From Felis catus (lineage: Eukaryota), in contig NC_058368.1 of assembly GCF_018350175.1 (NCBI RefSeq), positions 113,710,001-113,774,000 on the forward strand: a stretch of 64,000 nucleotides of DNA, written 5' to 3'. This document shows positions 41,787 through 53,300 of this stretch, piece after piece; the first letter of the stretch is position 1; each line of letters begins with the position of its first letter. The notes beneath the pieces are model-generated. The model searched no databases. It was not told the origin of the DNA and saw nothing but the letters and a program-made list of their open reading frames with translations. The position numbers and the translations under genes were made by a program.

Positions 41787-42155
41787 ATTTGCAACTACAT
41801 GGTTGGAACTAGAGGGTATTATGCTAAGCAAAATAAGTCAGGCAGAGAAAGACAAATCTCATATGACTTCACTCATATGTGGGATTTAAGAAACAACAGA
41901 TGAACACGGGTGAAGGGAAGGAAAAATAAGATAAAAACAGAGATGGAGGCAAACCATAAGAGACTCTTAAATACAGAGAACAAACTGAGGGTTGCTGGAG
42001 GGGTGTTGGGTCATGGGGAGGGGTGGGGTGGCTAAATGGCCAATGGGCATTAAGGAGGGAACCTGTTGGGATGAGCACTAGGTGTTGTATGGATTCTACT
42101 GGGCCCTACTCCTGAAATCAATACTACACTATATATAAACTGATTTGAATTTAAA
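41787..42155 (+). mobile_element. Felid/carnivore L1 3' end (about 370 bp)
   Basis: The ORF2 terminus FATTWLELEGIMLSKISQAEKDK is followed by a 3' UTR. Confidence 0.9.
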
Positions 42156-45100
42156 TGGATGGTGGCAGAGAAAGGAGAGAGCTAAAACAGAAAAGGGGAG
42201 GCTTATATTCTCTGGATAGTTGTTTTCTCTATGTTTTATCTGCACAAAGACTGCCTGGAATGCCCGCAGGAAGTTCTGCTTCCCTGCTCCAATCACAGGC
42301 ATCGACGGACTTTGCATAAATGCCTGTTCACCCACCACATAATTATGCTGGGGAATGTTGACGGTGCCCTCTGTAGTGTGACGTGTTGCAGATCACACAG
42401 GAAGAGTTCGCAAATTATTACAAACAGTCGTATAAGACGTCCTTCCTTCCTCCCTTTCCCAGTACGCCAAATGAAAAAAAAAAAAAATTTAAAAGATCAA
42501 GAGAGAGAGTCTCTTGAGGGATGTATTTGTACAGGATCCTAAGAAGAGCAGCCCAATCAAGTGGATGTGGACTTTAATATTATCCTTCCAGAAGAATCTC
42601 CAGTAACTCATTTTTACCTCCCTAGAAAGAAACCTTTATTGTCATGTCTGTCATAGACCTGGGAGGACCCAGAAGCAGGGGCTATGAAATGGCCCACACC
42701 ACTCAGCACTCTGACACGGGGCTAAAAGAAGCACAGGCGTGTCTGTCTCTCCCCCTAAACTGTGACCCTTGAGGGTGGAAATCTTGGTTTTCATCCTTGG
42801 CCTCCACAAGCCTGGCACCCACTTTGTTCTCAGCAATGGTAACATGGGAAGGGAATGGGGAGAGGGACAAGGACCAGCCCATATAAACCAGTGTCGTTGT
42901 TGAAATAAATACTTCACAAATCATCACCCCATCCAGAAATTCCAGGGTGCCTTTATTTCTTAAGAGCAGCAGCAGTTACTGGAGTGCCACAGCCCAGAAC
43001 ACTGGACCACCAAGGGAAGGAGAAGCGCATGACCACAGACACTAGAAGAGAAAGAGGTACTTTCTGCAAAGGGGGAGGCAAAGTGAGGGATCTGACAGAG
43101 CAGAGATGGCTATCAAAGCCAACAGAGAGGGGGGACAAACGAACGGGCCATCCTTCCAAGGACTTGGCCCATCTGCACACCACACTGGTCACTTGACTCA
43201 TTCCCCTGCCCCCCCAAAATATGTGTTAAACTGAAAATGTGCAAAGTGCGATTTTTAAATCAACTAGGGGAGAGCTTGCTGCTTAACAGAATCCCAGGGC
43301 AAACGTGTCTAATGGAAACACATCAGTGTCTTCCCACTTCGGGATCTTTGGACTTGCTCTCGCCACAGTATACCCCGAATACAACCACCTCTTCTCCTCA
43401 CCTGGCTCACTCCTGTCATCCGCCACCTAGCAGCTCCAATGGGTTTCTCAGGGAGGCATTCCCTGACCAAAAGAGTTGATTAGCCACCCCCCTCCCCTTT
43501 ACACAGTCTCAAGGCATCTGTACCTCTCTACCTGATAGCACTTTTGGCTACTGTACCTGAATGGTGATTTTGTGATGATTTACCTGTTTGCCACACTAGA
43601 TGGTAAATCCCACGAGGGTACAAACCATGTCTGCAGGAGGGTACCACCATGCTCTGCATTGGCTATTTTTTATTGTTTGGGTTTCCCTCAACCAGAGACA
43701 ACCTGCTTTGCCTTTAGTGAATTACAGGTCCTCTGAGAGCCTGTCATGATCTAGAACTGAAGAGCTACACTGGAGGAGTGAAGTAACAAAGGCCTGGCCA
43801 ACCCTATCAGTACTCTCCTCTTGGTTCTAAAGCCAAACCAGGAGCTTGGGGACTCCTGAACACCAACCGGAAGCATTTGCTAGACCCTGCAGGAATTTCC
43901 TCAAGGACAGTAATGCGGAACCCCATCTTCCCCCAAGCCAGCCTGGATCACTCTGGAGCACAAGATGGTTTATACCTTTTGAGATAGGCTACAGGCAACT
44001 GGATCAGAGTTTACCGTTAAAAGGGATACCAATTAGGGCTTAGCCAGCAGAACAGAGCTCCCTGGGGAGCCCTTCACATAACTAGGATTTCAGGCACAAC
44101 TGGGCACAAAACCCCTCTCAGATGCATCAGGAGGAGCTGCCAGCTTCAGGAAGTCTGGTGATGATGTGAAACATAATGGGAAGGTGTTCTGTGCCAGGAG
44201 CTGCAACTGGAAGGAAATTAACAGAGAACCACACGGAACCTCACACAGCCATCCCAAAGGGCAAGGAAGGTAGATAAGGTCAAGGATAATAGAGAAATGG
44301 CCCCAACATTTCTCTAAGACATGAGACAGAAAACAACATCTAAAGCCATGTGCCAACAATTCACTCACACTCACAGGGCACAAGAGAAGTGACCTTCGGA
44401 AAGCAAATCAGAAAAGCAGGTATACCAGCCACTCAAAGAGCACGAGCACCTACTTCGCATCACGATCTTACTTATCCTCCCCCAAGCGGCATCAAGAAGT
44501 TATGATTGCTCTACTTGTATAGATAAGGAAAGGGCAGCTCTGGCCAAAGACCCAAGCTTATACTTGGCAAGACTGCAAGGTGAGCTCAGGTCAAAAGTGG
44601 GCTCTTCACCATGACAGCACTCAGGCTCAAAGAGCTTTTCACAGATTCAGAAACTGTGCCCAGACTGTGTGGGGGTTCGGTCTCCCTGTCAGGTTCCCCA
44701 GGATTCTCAACAGCACCCCCACCTGTTGGTATCCACAACCATTATCAGTCACTAAAAGAAAGAGAGACACGTGTCCAAAGCTAGCTGACCTACTGGGCCC
44801 AGCCTTCTGCTGGGCCTTTCTGCAAAGAACTACTTGTCCCCATCCTGCAAGTGTGGAGAGTCCTGGTCCAGGATAATTCACTCATTCATTCATTCATTCA
44901 TTCATTTACTCAAATTCACTCCAACACTCACTGAGCAATCTTCTGTGAGGAGCTTAAAGGCAAAGGTCCAGGGACACCAAGCTCTATACCACCGTGTCCC
45001 CTGAAAGGGTTTATAAAGTTGTAAGGTCCCAGCTTAGAGATAGAGATTAGGTCCCTCCAAACACTACTTTTCAATCTGTGCCTGATATATAATTTCTGCC

Positions 45101-45499
45101 TATCAAAAACTATAAAAGCACACGTCTGTAATTCTCTTATAGGGTTTCTTTCCCCAGGGATGTATCAAGAGTCATGCTTAGGAAAATTCAAGTCAACACA
45201 ATGCTTACTCACTACCTATTCTGTGCCACGCATAATAAGACTCAGGCTCTTTCTTCAGGAAGCATCCGACGATTTAAACAGCTAAAATATAAACAAATAA
45301 AACTATAAATTGAGGAATAATAAAGTGCTGTAGGAGTTGTTAATATTAATAAAAATAATAGCCTCCATCTGCTCAGCATTTATGATGACACCAGACACTG
45401 TGCTAAGCACTTCACATGCATTAGCCAGTTAAACTCTTCACGCCAACCCTGGAAGGCTGGTCAACATAGTGGACATCCACTTCCCCTTAAGGAGCTACC

Positions 45500-45990
45500 T
45501 CTCAACCCTCCCTGTCACTATGTGATTCAATGGAGCCCTCACCATCACTTTATCCCCAGGTCCCAGTCCCGGACAATCAGCACATTCTCCCCAATTGTCC
45601 AGAGTGACTGACTGGGGATAAGTATATACAATAGGTGAATCTGATGAGTCTCGATTCTGGGAATTGTGCTGAGACATAAAAACCATCCGATGATATAAAT
45701 TTGTAGTTGCTATGAGCCGCCACCACCACTAATTATGGAATTCATTAGCCTGAGAAAAAAACCAAAATAGGGAAAAGAAAGCCCAAAGACTACGGGGTGA
45801 GGGGAGAGAAAACTGATTGACACACACATCCAAGTCCTATGATATAACCTGAGTCTCTGGACTCAACCTTAACTAAAGCCATGTTTATCAGTAGACTCTT
45901 CAGTTACATAGATAAGTAAGTTTTCCTTTCCAATTAAGCCAGCTTCAACTAGATTTCAGTCACTTAAAATCTAGAGTCCTCACCAATAAG
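45500..45990 (+). mobile_element. ERVL-MaLR solo LTR (MLT1K/L-like) within a MIR
   Basis: Ends TTCAGTTACAT...TTAAGCCAGCTT...GTCACTT...AGAGTCCTCACCAATA, with MIR halves on both sides. Confidence 0.6.
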
Positions 45991-47819
45991 AGTGTTATTA
46001 TCCCCACTTAACAAATGCAGTCAGGGATTCAGAAAGGACAAACAATTTGACCACCTTAGATTTAATTAACGAAGATTTGGAGAGGCCATGTGGTTGAATG
46101 AATTCAGACAAGAAACTCTACAAGAGTCAGACTGCTGAAGTGCCAGAGGCATATATTTTTTTTTCCCTCCATCCACCAGTTCCAAGGGAAAACCTGCAAA
46201 TCACCTTGCTATGGTCCTTTTTCTGCATGGTGGGTTCATTTCTCATTTACCTTTTACACTGAGCAGGTAGACCTCTGGGATCTTAGCTTTATCCAAGGGT
46301 CTACCGAATTCTTCATTCTGGGCACTGTCTTCTTAGAAGTACACATAAACCCTACATCTTAAAAGTGACGGCACCTTCTACTAAATGAAATATGGTGAGA
46401 AAATACTTGTAACCTTGGGCAAATTATTTAATCTCTTAACAGGAAATATATTTTATATGTAGTTATCTCATCTGGGGAGATGAGATCAACTCTGAACTTG
46501 GGTCTGAGGAATTTCCTAAGGAACATTTATAGTCACCTCACCAAAAGAAAAGTAAAATGAGTCACCTTGAAAGTGTTCAAATTTAGATACTGAGATGTGT
46601 TTGGTCTGAAACACATTAAGGAAATAATACATGATTTATTACAAAAATATTTAATTGCTAACATTACTTTGTCTCTCCAAGCAAGGTAAAATAGTTGACC
46701 TGATGATTAGGTCCTACTCCTCTAGGGGAGTAATAAAGCCCTGAAGATCCATTTGGGACCACTTCTTGCTTTTGAAAATAATCTCATCAGCATTTGGAGA
46801 GGACTTAACCTTTCGGCAATTCAGTTCAGCTGCAGTCCTGCAGGGCAAGGGACTGGGAAAGGACTAGGAGAGGCAGGGGAAGTCAACCTAGGAAGGTCAA
46901 CTGGGTGAAGAAGCTCCACTATCCTTGCCAGGCAAGAACTAGGTTTTCTCTGGCAAGGACAAACTGAAGATAAGGAGAGAAAACACAGGAATGGTCTCGG
47001 GCTTATGGACTTCCAAACCATCCCTTTACCATGATTCCTGTGAAATAATTATTTCTATCAGTGGTCATTTAGTACAGGGGATTTAAGATAGTGGGTTCAT
47101 TAAAGAGAGTCAGGATCACAAACTCATTTAAGTCTCCTTGAACCTGTTTAATCAAAATGATTTTCTGCTACTCTCTATTACAAGCCAAGTTTCTGTGGTG
47201 ACAGATTAATGACTGATCCACTAAGCCACACCACCTCTCTTCTCACCAACTCCACTGACTGAGCCAGCCACTATTCTATCAATAAGCCCCGTTTGCCCTT
47301 GAGACTCCTTACAGATGAGATGTTAAGATCAAATGAGCAGATCAGATGCTCACTGGCACCCCGGTTCTGCTACGGAGACCATCAAATCCCATAGAGTGTG
47401 CACCAAAGGAAAAAGAATTCAGGCCGGTCCTTGTGGTCTCATTAGAATTACAAACTCAGGTCACTTCGGAATAAGATAAATGCCAGCCAAGGCAACATTT
47501 CTGATTCTTCAGGCCTGCCCAAGGTAATTATCCTGGAGTTAAATGTCAAGTCTAGTTTCATGTATGCAAAAGAAAGAAAATGTCATGTTTGGTGTAAGCA
47601 ACAATATTATTTTAATCAAATCAGAAGCTCGTTATTAGCAGAAGATAAGCCCTAATGTGACCCCTACAATAAGTTGTATCTACCTGGCTTCCATTCTTCT
47701 TTGTGTCAAACTAAGGTTCTTCACTGACTGTCCTCAGACATAAAATTGGAAAGACTTACCATGTCATGTCAATGGAGGCTCACACCCTAAGTCCATTCCA
47801 GTCTGAATTGACTGCATAC

Positions 47820-48030
47820 ACAGTAAGAAACTGGAATCAGACTACCTGGGTCCAGGCCAGGCTCCTCTACAGCCTAGCTCTGTGACTTGGGACAAGAGCC
47901 TTAATCTTTTAGTGAATGGTCGATAATAACAGTACTTCTAGAATTTTTATGAATATTAAAAGAGAAAATACATGTAAAGTACGCTAAACAATGTCTGGCA
48001 CACTAAATGCTTGGTTAATGTTAGGTATCA
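47820..48030 (+). mobile_element. MIR SINE
   Basis: CTGGAATCAGACTACCTGGGT...CTAGCTCTGTGACTTGGGACAAG...CATGTAAAG...TGGCAC. Confidence 0.7.
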
Positions 48031-48338
48031 CCTATTTCTGCAATATTTTAATTTTTTAATTACAACCAGAACATATTACCTTTATAAGAAAAAACTTAAA
48101 AAGAGAGAAATGCATGAAAGCATAAGGTAAAGGATTTCCTCCAGTGAACAAGAGGTTACTGAGAGAAGAAACCACCTTATTTATCATGTTCACCCTTACA
48201 GCCCATTGCCTCGCACACACTAGACAGTCAAATATGGGTTGGAATGAATGTGCAAATGAACGTAAGAATGAGGAGAGGAAAATTTCCTTGCAGGAATGAC
48301 TATGGAAAGCCAAATCGCAATGAGGAAAAATCCAGAGA

Positions 48339-48545
48339 GGTGCTTGGGTGAGTCAGTCGGTTGAGCATCCAACTCTTGATTTCGGCTCACGTCATGATCC
48401 CAGGGTCGTGGGATTGAGCCCTGCATCCAGCTCTACAATGAGCATGAAGCCTACTTGGGATATTCTCCCTCTCTCTCTCTCCCTCTCCCTCCACCCCTCT
48501 CCTCCACTCACACACACTCTATCTCTAAAATAAATTTTTTTTTTA
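48339..48545 (+). mobile_element. CAN-SINE (older subfamily)
   Basis: GGTGCTTGGGTGAGTCAGTCGGTTGAGC head, CT tract and a partial TSD AATCCAG. Confidence 0.9.
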
Positions 48546-48672
48546 ATCCAGGGAATGATTCTAACATCTTGACCCCTCAGTCTCAAACCACAGAGAAGTT
48601 AAATGCATGACAATAGGAGGCTGGAAATTATCATACAACTAGATACAAACATCTACCTTCTTCATCTTCTCC

Positions 48673-48903
48673 TTTTTTTTTTTTTTTTAAATTTTTTTTT
48701 CAACGTTTATTTATTTTTGGGACAGAGAGAGACAGAGCATGAACGGGGGAGGGGCAGAGAGAGAGGGAGACACAGAATCGGAAACAGGCTCCAGGCTCTG
48801 AGCCATCAGCCCAGAGCCCGACGCGGGGCTCGAACTCACGGACCGCGAGATCGTGACCTGGCTGAAGTCGGACGCTTAACCGACTGCGCCACCCAGGCGC
48901 CCC
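48673..48903 (-). mobile_element. Very young felid SINE (SINEC_Fc-type)
   Basis: Minus strand reads GGGGCGCCTGGGTGGCGCAGTCGGTTAAGCGTCCGACTTCAGCCAGGTCACGATCTCGCGG. CpGs are intact, the A tail is long and the TSD is TCC(T)n. Confidence 0.97.
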
Positions 48904-48906
48904 TCC

Positions 48907-49117
48907 TTTTTTTTTTTTAACGTTTATTTATTTTTGAGATAGAGACAGAGCATGAATAGGGGAGGGTCAGAGTGAAAGGGAGACACAGAATCCGAAGCAG
49001 GCTCCAGGCTCTGAGCTATCAGCCCAGAGCCTGACACGGGGCTCAAACTCACAGACTGTGAGATGATGACCTGAGCCGAAGTCGGATGCTTAACAGACTG
49101 AGCCACCCAGGCGCCCC
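48907..49117 (-). mobile_element. Felid SINE (older, CpG-decayed); host of the young SINE
   Basis: Full head-to-tail SINE with TSD TCTTCTCCTT at about 48665 and 49119. Confidence 0.95.
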
Positions 49118-52100
49118 TTCTTCTCCTTCTTAATACTGTATTTATGCAAAAGTCTGAGTTTCCATTGGACCAAAACATCCCAACTGCTCATCTTTAAAAG
49201 ATAACGATAATCAAACTAACAGACCATCAATACATTTAGGAACAAATATGTCCTAACATCTAAACAGTGTCCTATTTCTCCTGAATCCATCAATCCAGGA
49301 GACAAGCCATGGAGCAGTTGTGAAAGATGTATTTCTGTAAAGAAGGATACAGTTATTATGTGTGTACCTAGAACAATAGGACGACTTCCAAGTGATAAGT
49401 AGTGGCTATCAAGCAATTCGCTGGCAATGTCACAGCACACTCAATAGGCTAGGGAGCATGGAGCACACAGCCTGCCATCATTTCCATTTCAAAGTTAGCC
49501 CAAGAACAACAAACAATGGGTATCATCAAATCTGAAAGGAGCCCTTAGTTTTCAGTTTCACAAGTTCAAAAATCACTTCTAAATCTCTCTCCCCAAAGTG
49601 CAAAAAGGTTATAAGTCCAGGAAAAGGCAAGATATTTTCTTTCACAGTGACTTTCAAAAATTGACAAGCATCGTAACAGTAATCTCAGGACACAGTCTCT
49701 CAAAGTTATCAGTGGCTTCAACCAACAACAAAAACACTAGCAGAGAAGCTAAGCTTTGTCAATCTTAAGCAAGACGTAGCTCTGTAAAAACAATCAGGCT
49801 GGCTGAGCAAGTGACCAGTTCCCTGGGGCTTTGTCCACAGAACATCTGGTTTTGAAAGCAAGCAGCCTTTTAGTCCCTGGTCCCAGGGGACACAGGCTTT
49901 GTAGTTACTCCAAGCAAATGACCGAATGGAGATACTTGGATTTGGAGTAGAAGAGTAGCTGGTTTGAGTTTCACAACTTTGAAGAGGTTAATAGCATTAA
50001 ATTATATCTAAGCCACACCTGACTGGTATCATCAGACACCGCCCCCCCCCCCCACCCGCACCATGAAGCATATAAAATGGTTGATAATAACACCAGTTTG
50101 GAGGTTTTTGGTGTTTTTTTTTTAAACATTTTTAGATGTTTTTAATGCTGTACTGGATTAAAATATCATTTTAAAAGAATATATTCTGGTAAAAATATTA
50201 ACACCTAAAATTCTCCAGAAACAAAAAAGCATTGCATTTGAACACAGAAGCGTCTCTCTTTTTATTAAACTGTGGACATTTTTATGTTATTTAAGGCACA
50301 CTCTATAGTATCTCCTAAACATCTTAAGAATTACCTAGAATGTTTAAAATATAGTTTCCCAGCAGTCATCCTGGAAGCATGGAGCCACACTCTCCAGAAG
50401 AGGCATCTGCATGTTGTAATTTAACAAACATCCCAGGCAAGCTTCATGATCACCCAGGTTTGGGACAACACTGACCCAAGGATAAAAAATGTCACCATTT
50501 GCAAGAAAGATGAGAAATGAAGAAATGCTCAACTTTTATAAATTTAAAGCTCGATGGGAGATAAGAACCATGTCACGCTTATGATACAATGAGACTAGAA
50601 AACCTTGAGCAGACACAAAAGCACAGTAAACCTTTCCACACCCCAATGGCCAATGAGCACAGCTGCTTTCAATTCGACCGAGCCGCCAGGGAAAACAAGG
50701 CATCTGCAAAGGTGTCCCTTCCCTGCACGTGGCCCAATTCTTCCATGCCGTGGAGGGGGAAGCATCTGCCTTGTCCCTCAACTCTACCCAAAATGTAATG
50801 ATAAAATAAATTTTACAAAGCAAAAGTATGTCTACCCTATTGAGTCCATGAATGAATGCTTCTTTGGGGGCACCCTTTGGGCACTCTGGCATCCTTTTCA
50901 GCCTCAGGCAAAGAAAGTCACTGCAGGATTCCTCCGAGCTGAGCAGAAAGGGGACGCAAGATGGTTAACAGAGCAGGTCAGGGACACGGGGAGGTGTGCC
51001 AGGGATCTCAGGGCTGGGGGAAGCAAAGAGGAAGTCCGCTGCCTAAGTAAGCTCAAAATAACTCCAAGTTCACTGCAAGTGTTTGAAAGCACCTTTCAAA
51101 GAAAAGCAGCCCACAGCCAACTAAAGAGAGGAGGAAGACGAAGAGGGAGAGGAGGGGGTAAGCCCTCACTCAAGGCTGTGGGCGGGCCTGCTCCTCAGGA
51201 ACGGGGCCTGGAGAGGCGCTGTTTAGAAAGTATAAGAAATTATCTGGATTCTCTGGATTTCCTCGTACTTTCCCCCCCGCAAGGGTTTGGGAAGACAAGG
51301 ACAGGGGCTAAGATAAATCCAGTGAAGGATGGTGACTCCCAAACATCTCCCACCTGAAAGAACCCTGTAAGAAGAACAGAGACTCGGAAATGCGGGCCCC
51401 TCTCTCTCACGGGCAGGAATTCCTAATGTCAAGGATCATAAAAGTTCTTCCTCAGTGCCCTGCAAGCCTATGGCCCCAACCATCTGGGACAGCCTTTGAA
51501 AGAGCTGTCCGCAAGCAGCTCCCACAGCACCTGGGGGTTGCCATCTGCTGGAAAGACCGTGCCAGGTGCCTCTTGTCCTGCATCCTCCGGGACATACCTG
51601 GGGAGCCACAGCCAGCCTTGGGGAAGAAACAGGCAGCAGATGTGCCTGTGGGTGCTCAGGAGGAACTTTCTCCCCTGCCAGGGCTCCCCCACAGGAGCAA
51701 TCCTCTGCCACCCAAGCTCATCTTCAGGGCAGGAGACCAGCTCCATCAGTGGCCTGCTCCCTTTCCCTAAAGACTCCAAGGGTCAAAACCACCACACCTC
51801 CTCCACAGCACCACCATCCACATTTTCTCAGGCCCGTTGCCACGACCCTCCAATCCTCCCGGAACCAATCAGCTGGGCTCACCCCTAAACCTAACATCTG
51901 CAGCAGGGATTCTTCTGGCACAGCCCAGAGATGGTCCAAATCCCTGCTGCCCCGGGAAGGTTCTCTAGGGGGCTGGGCAAAGTCAACCATCCACGTTAGG
52001 GGAACTGAGGACCTTAGGGAGCCTCTCTCCAAGCTGCTTGCTGTTCTTACCATGCGTACTGAGTCATCTCCCCCGGTCCTACGATTACACACACCTGGAC

Positions 52101-52301
52101 CACAGGTAACAGGCAAACAGTATCAAGCCTTCTAAGTTCTCTTTAAAGTTCTTCTCTGGCAAGAGGCAGCCTGGGAACCCCCCGCCAACAAGCTGCGGTG
52201 AGAGGTCTGCACCCATCCCCTCCCCTCCCCTCCCCGTCTCAGAGCCCCCCCTCTCACAGAGGCTCCCCGACCCCGCAGGGCCTGGCAGCAGTGGTACTCA
52301 C

Positions 52302-52487
52302 GTCTCGAAAGCGGTTCCAGTACTTGTCCCGGTCGTACTGGGAGACGGTGCTCAGCCACTGGTCATTGTCTAGGAAATTGCCGTTGTTGGGGCCCGCGCC
52401 TCCGGCGAGCGCGTCCAGGTGCCGGCTCTCGACCTGGAGGAAGCACCACGCCGCGGCCGCCGCCGCCAGCACCGCGATCGCCGGCAT
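52302..52487 (-). CDS. SPOCK1: Testican-1 (SPARC/osteonectin, CWCV and Kazal-like domains proteoglycan 1), first coding exon: signal peptide plus testican N-terminal domain, codons 1-62
   Basis: Translates to MPAIAVLAAAAAAWCFLQVESRHLDALAGGAGPNNGNFLDNDQWLSTVSQYDRDKYWNRFRD, which I recognise as the SPOCK1 N-terminus. On the minus strand the acceptor (CCCCTGCCCGCAG|ATG) sits directly before the ATG and the donor is GAC|GTGAGT at 52302/52301. Length is 186 nt, phase 0. A CTCAC branch-like motif has its A at 52514. Confidence 0.97.
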
Positions 52488-53134
52488 CTGCGGGCAGGGG
52501 GCACGCAGGGGCGTGAGCCGGAGGGCAGGGCCAGGCGAGCCCCTCGCGGTGCACCGAGGTCTCGGCGCCTCGGCGACCCGCCCCGGCTGTAGGGACTGGG
52601 GAATCTCACGGCGGAAAAAGGGTCATCCCTCGCACACCTGGGGCGTCTGTCGCGAATCGAGAGAGCCGGGGAGCCCTCTCACGAATGGGGGGGGGGGGGG
52701 CTTAGTTACAAATCAAGAGGCTGCGTCACAAATTAGAGGCTGCTACCAAACTACAGAGGATATCTGTCGCCTATTCTTCGGGTGCCCCACGGACCGCTAC
52801 TCTCGAATCGGCTTCTTCAGCACCCCTCCCCAAAAACGCGGATTCCTGGATCGGCAAGCCGCACTCCCACAGACGGTGCCCAGAGCTCCGGGGTAGGGAG
52901 GGGGAAAACAGGGATCCGAGCAGCAGCCCAGGCTCTGGCCAAACGGGGCACGGGGTGGAGGGAGGAGGTACCCGCAGCTGGGGGGGGGGGGGGGTAATCC
53001 CTCGTCCGCCCTGTAGCCTCGGCAAGAAGGTCCCGCGGAGATACCCCCAGGCCCTGCCCCTGCCAGCCTCCCGGTGGTCGCGGGGAGGTCCCAACTACGC
53101 CAAGTTGGGGCGCGGGGTTCCGCGGGGCACGTAC

Positions 53135-53300
53135 CGTGGGGGCCGGCCCGGGTCCCCGCGTCCGAGTTGCTGGAGCTCGTGTGGCGCGGTCGCGGAGGAG
53201 GCTGATCCGCCGACTCGCTCTCCTACGCTCCTGCCACCCGCCGCCGCGCGTCCGGCCGCTTTGTGAGCCCGCAGCGCTCTGGCTCCGCTCGCTCTCTAGC
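53135..53300 (-). other. SPOCK1: Probable non-coding exon 1 (5' UTR) of SPOCK1; transcription start approximate
   Basis: The coding exon begins at an acceptor, so an upstream exon is required. The best donor in the CpG island is CCCACG|GTACGT at 53135/53134. The leader is GC-rich with no ATG. The 5' end is a guess. Confidence 0.7.

Larger units (their letters stand above)
1..52301 (-). other. SPOCK1: Large intron after the first coding exon of SPOCK1 (continues beyond the window start)
   Basis: GT donor at 52301. I did not see the next expected coding sequence (DDYFRNWNPNKPFDQ, recalled from orthologues) in the window. Confidence 0.85.

Noticed and set aside
48673..49117. tRNA genes
   Set aside because: The A-box and B-box-like sequences belong to tRNA-derived CAN-SINE heads, followed by CT tracts and poly-A tails.
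1..52301. The 9-nt EVE microexon and the next SPOCK1 coding exon (recalled from orthologues)
   Set aside because: A by-eye scan of the non-L1 sequence for AG-GARGTNGAR-GT and for DDYFRNW codons on the minus strand found no match. They probably lie beyond the window, though a manual scan can miss a 9-nt exon.
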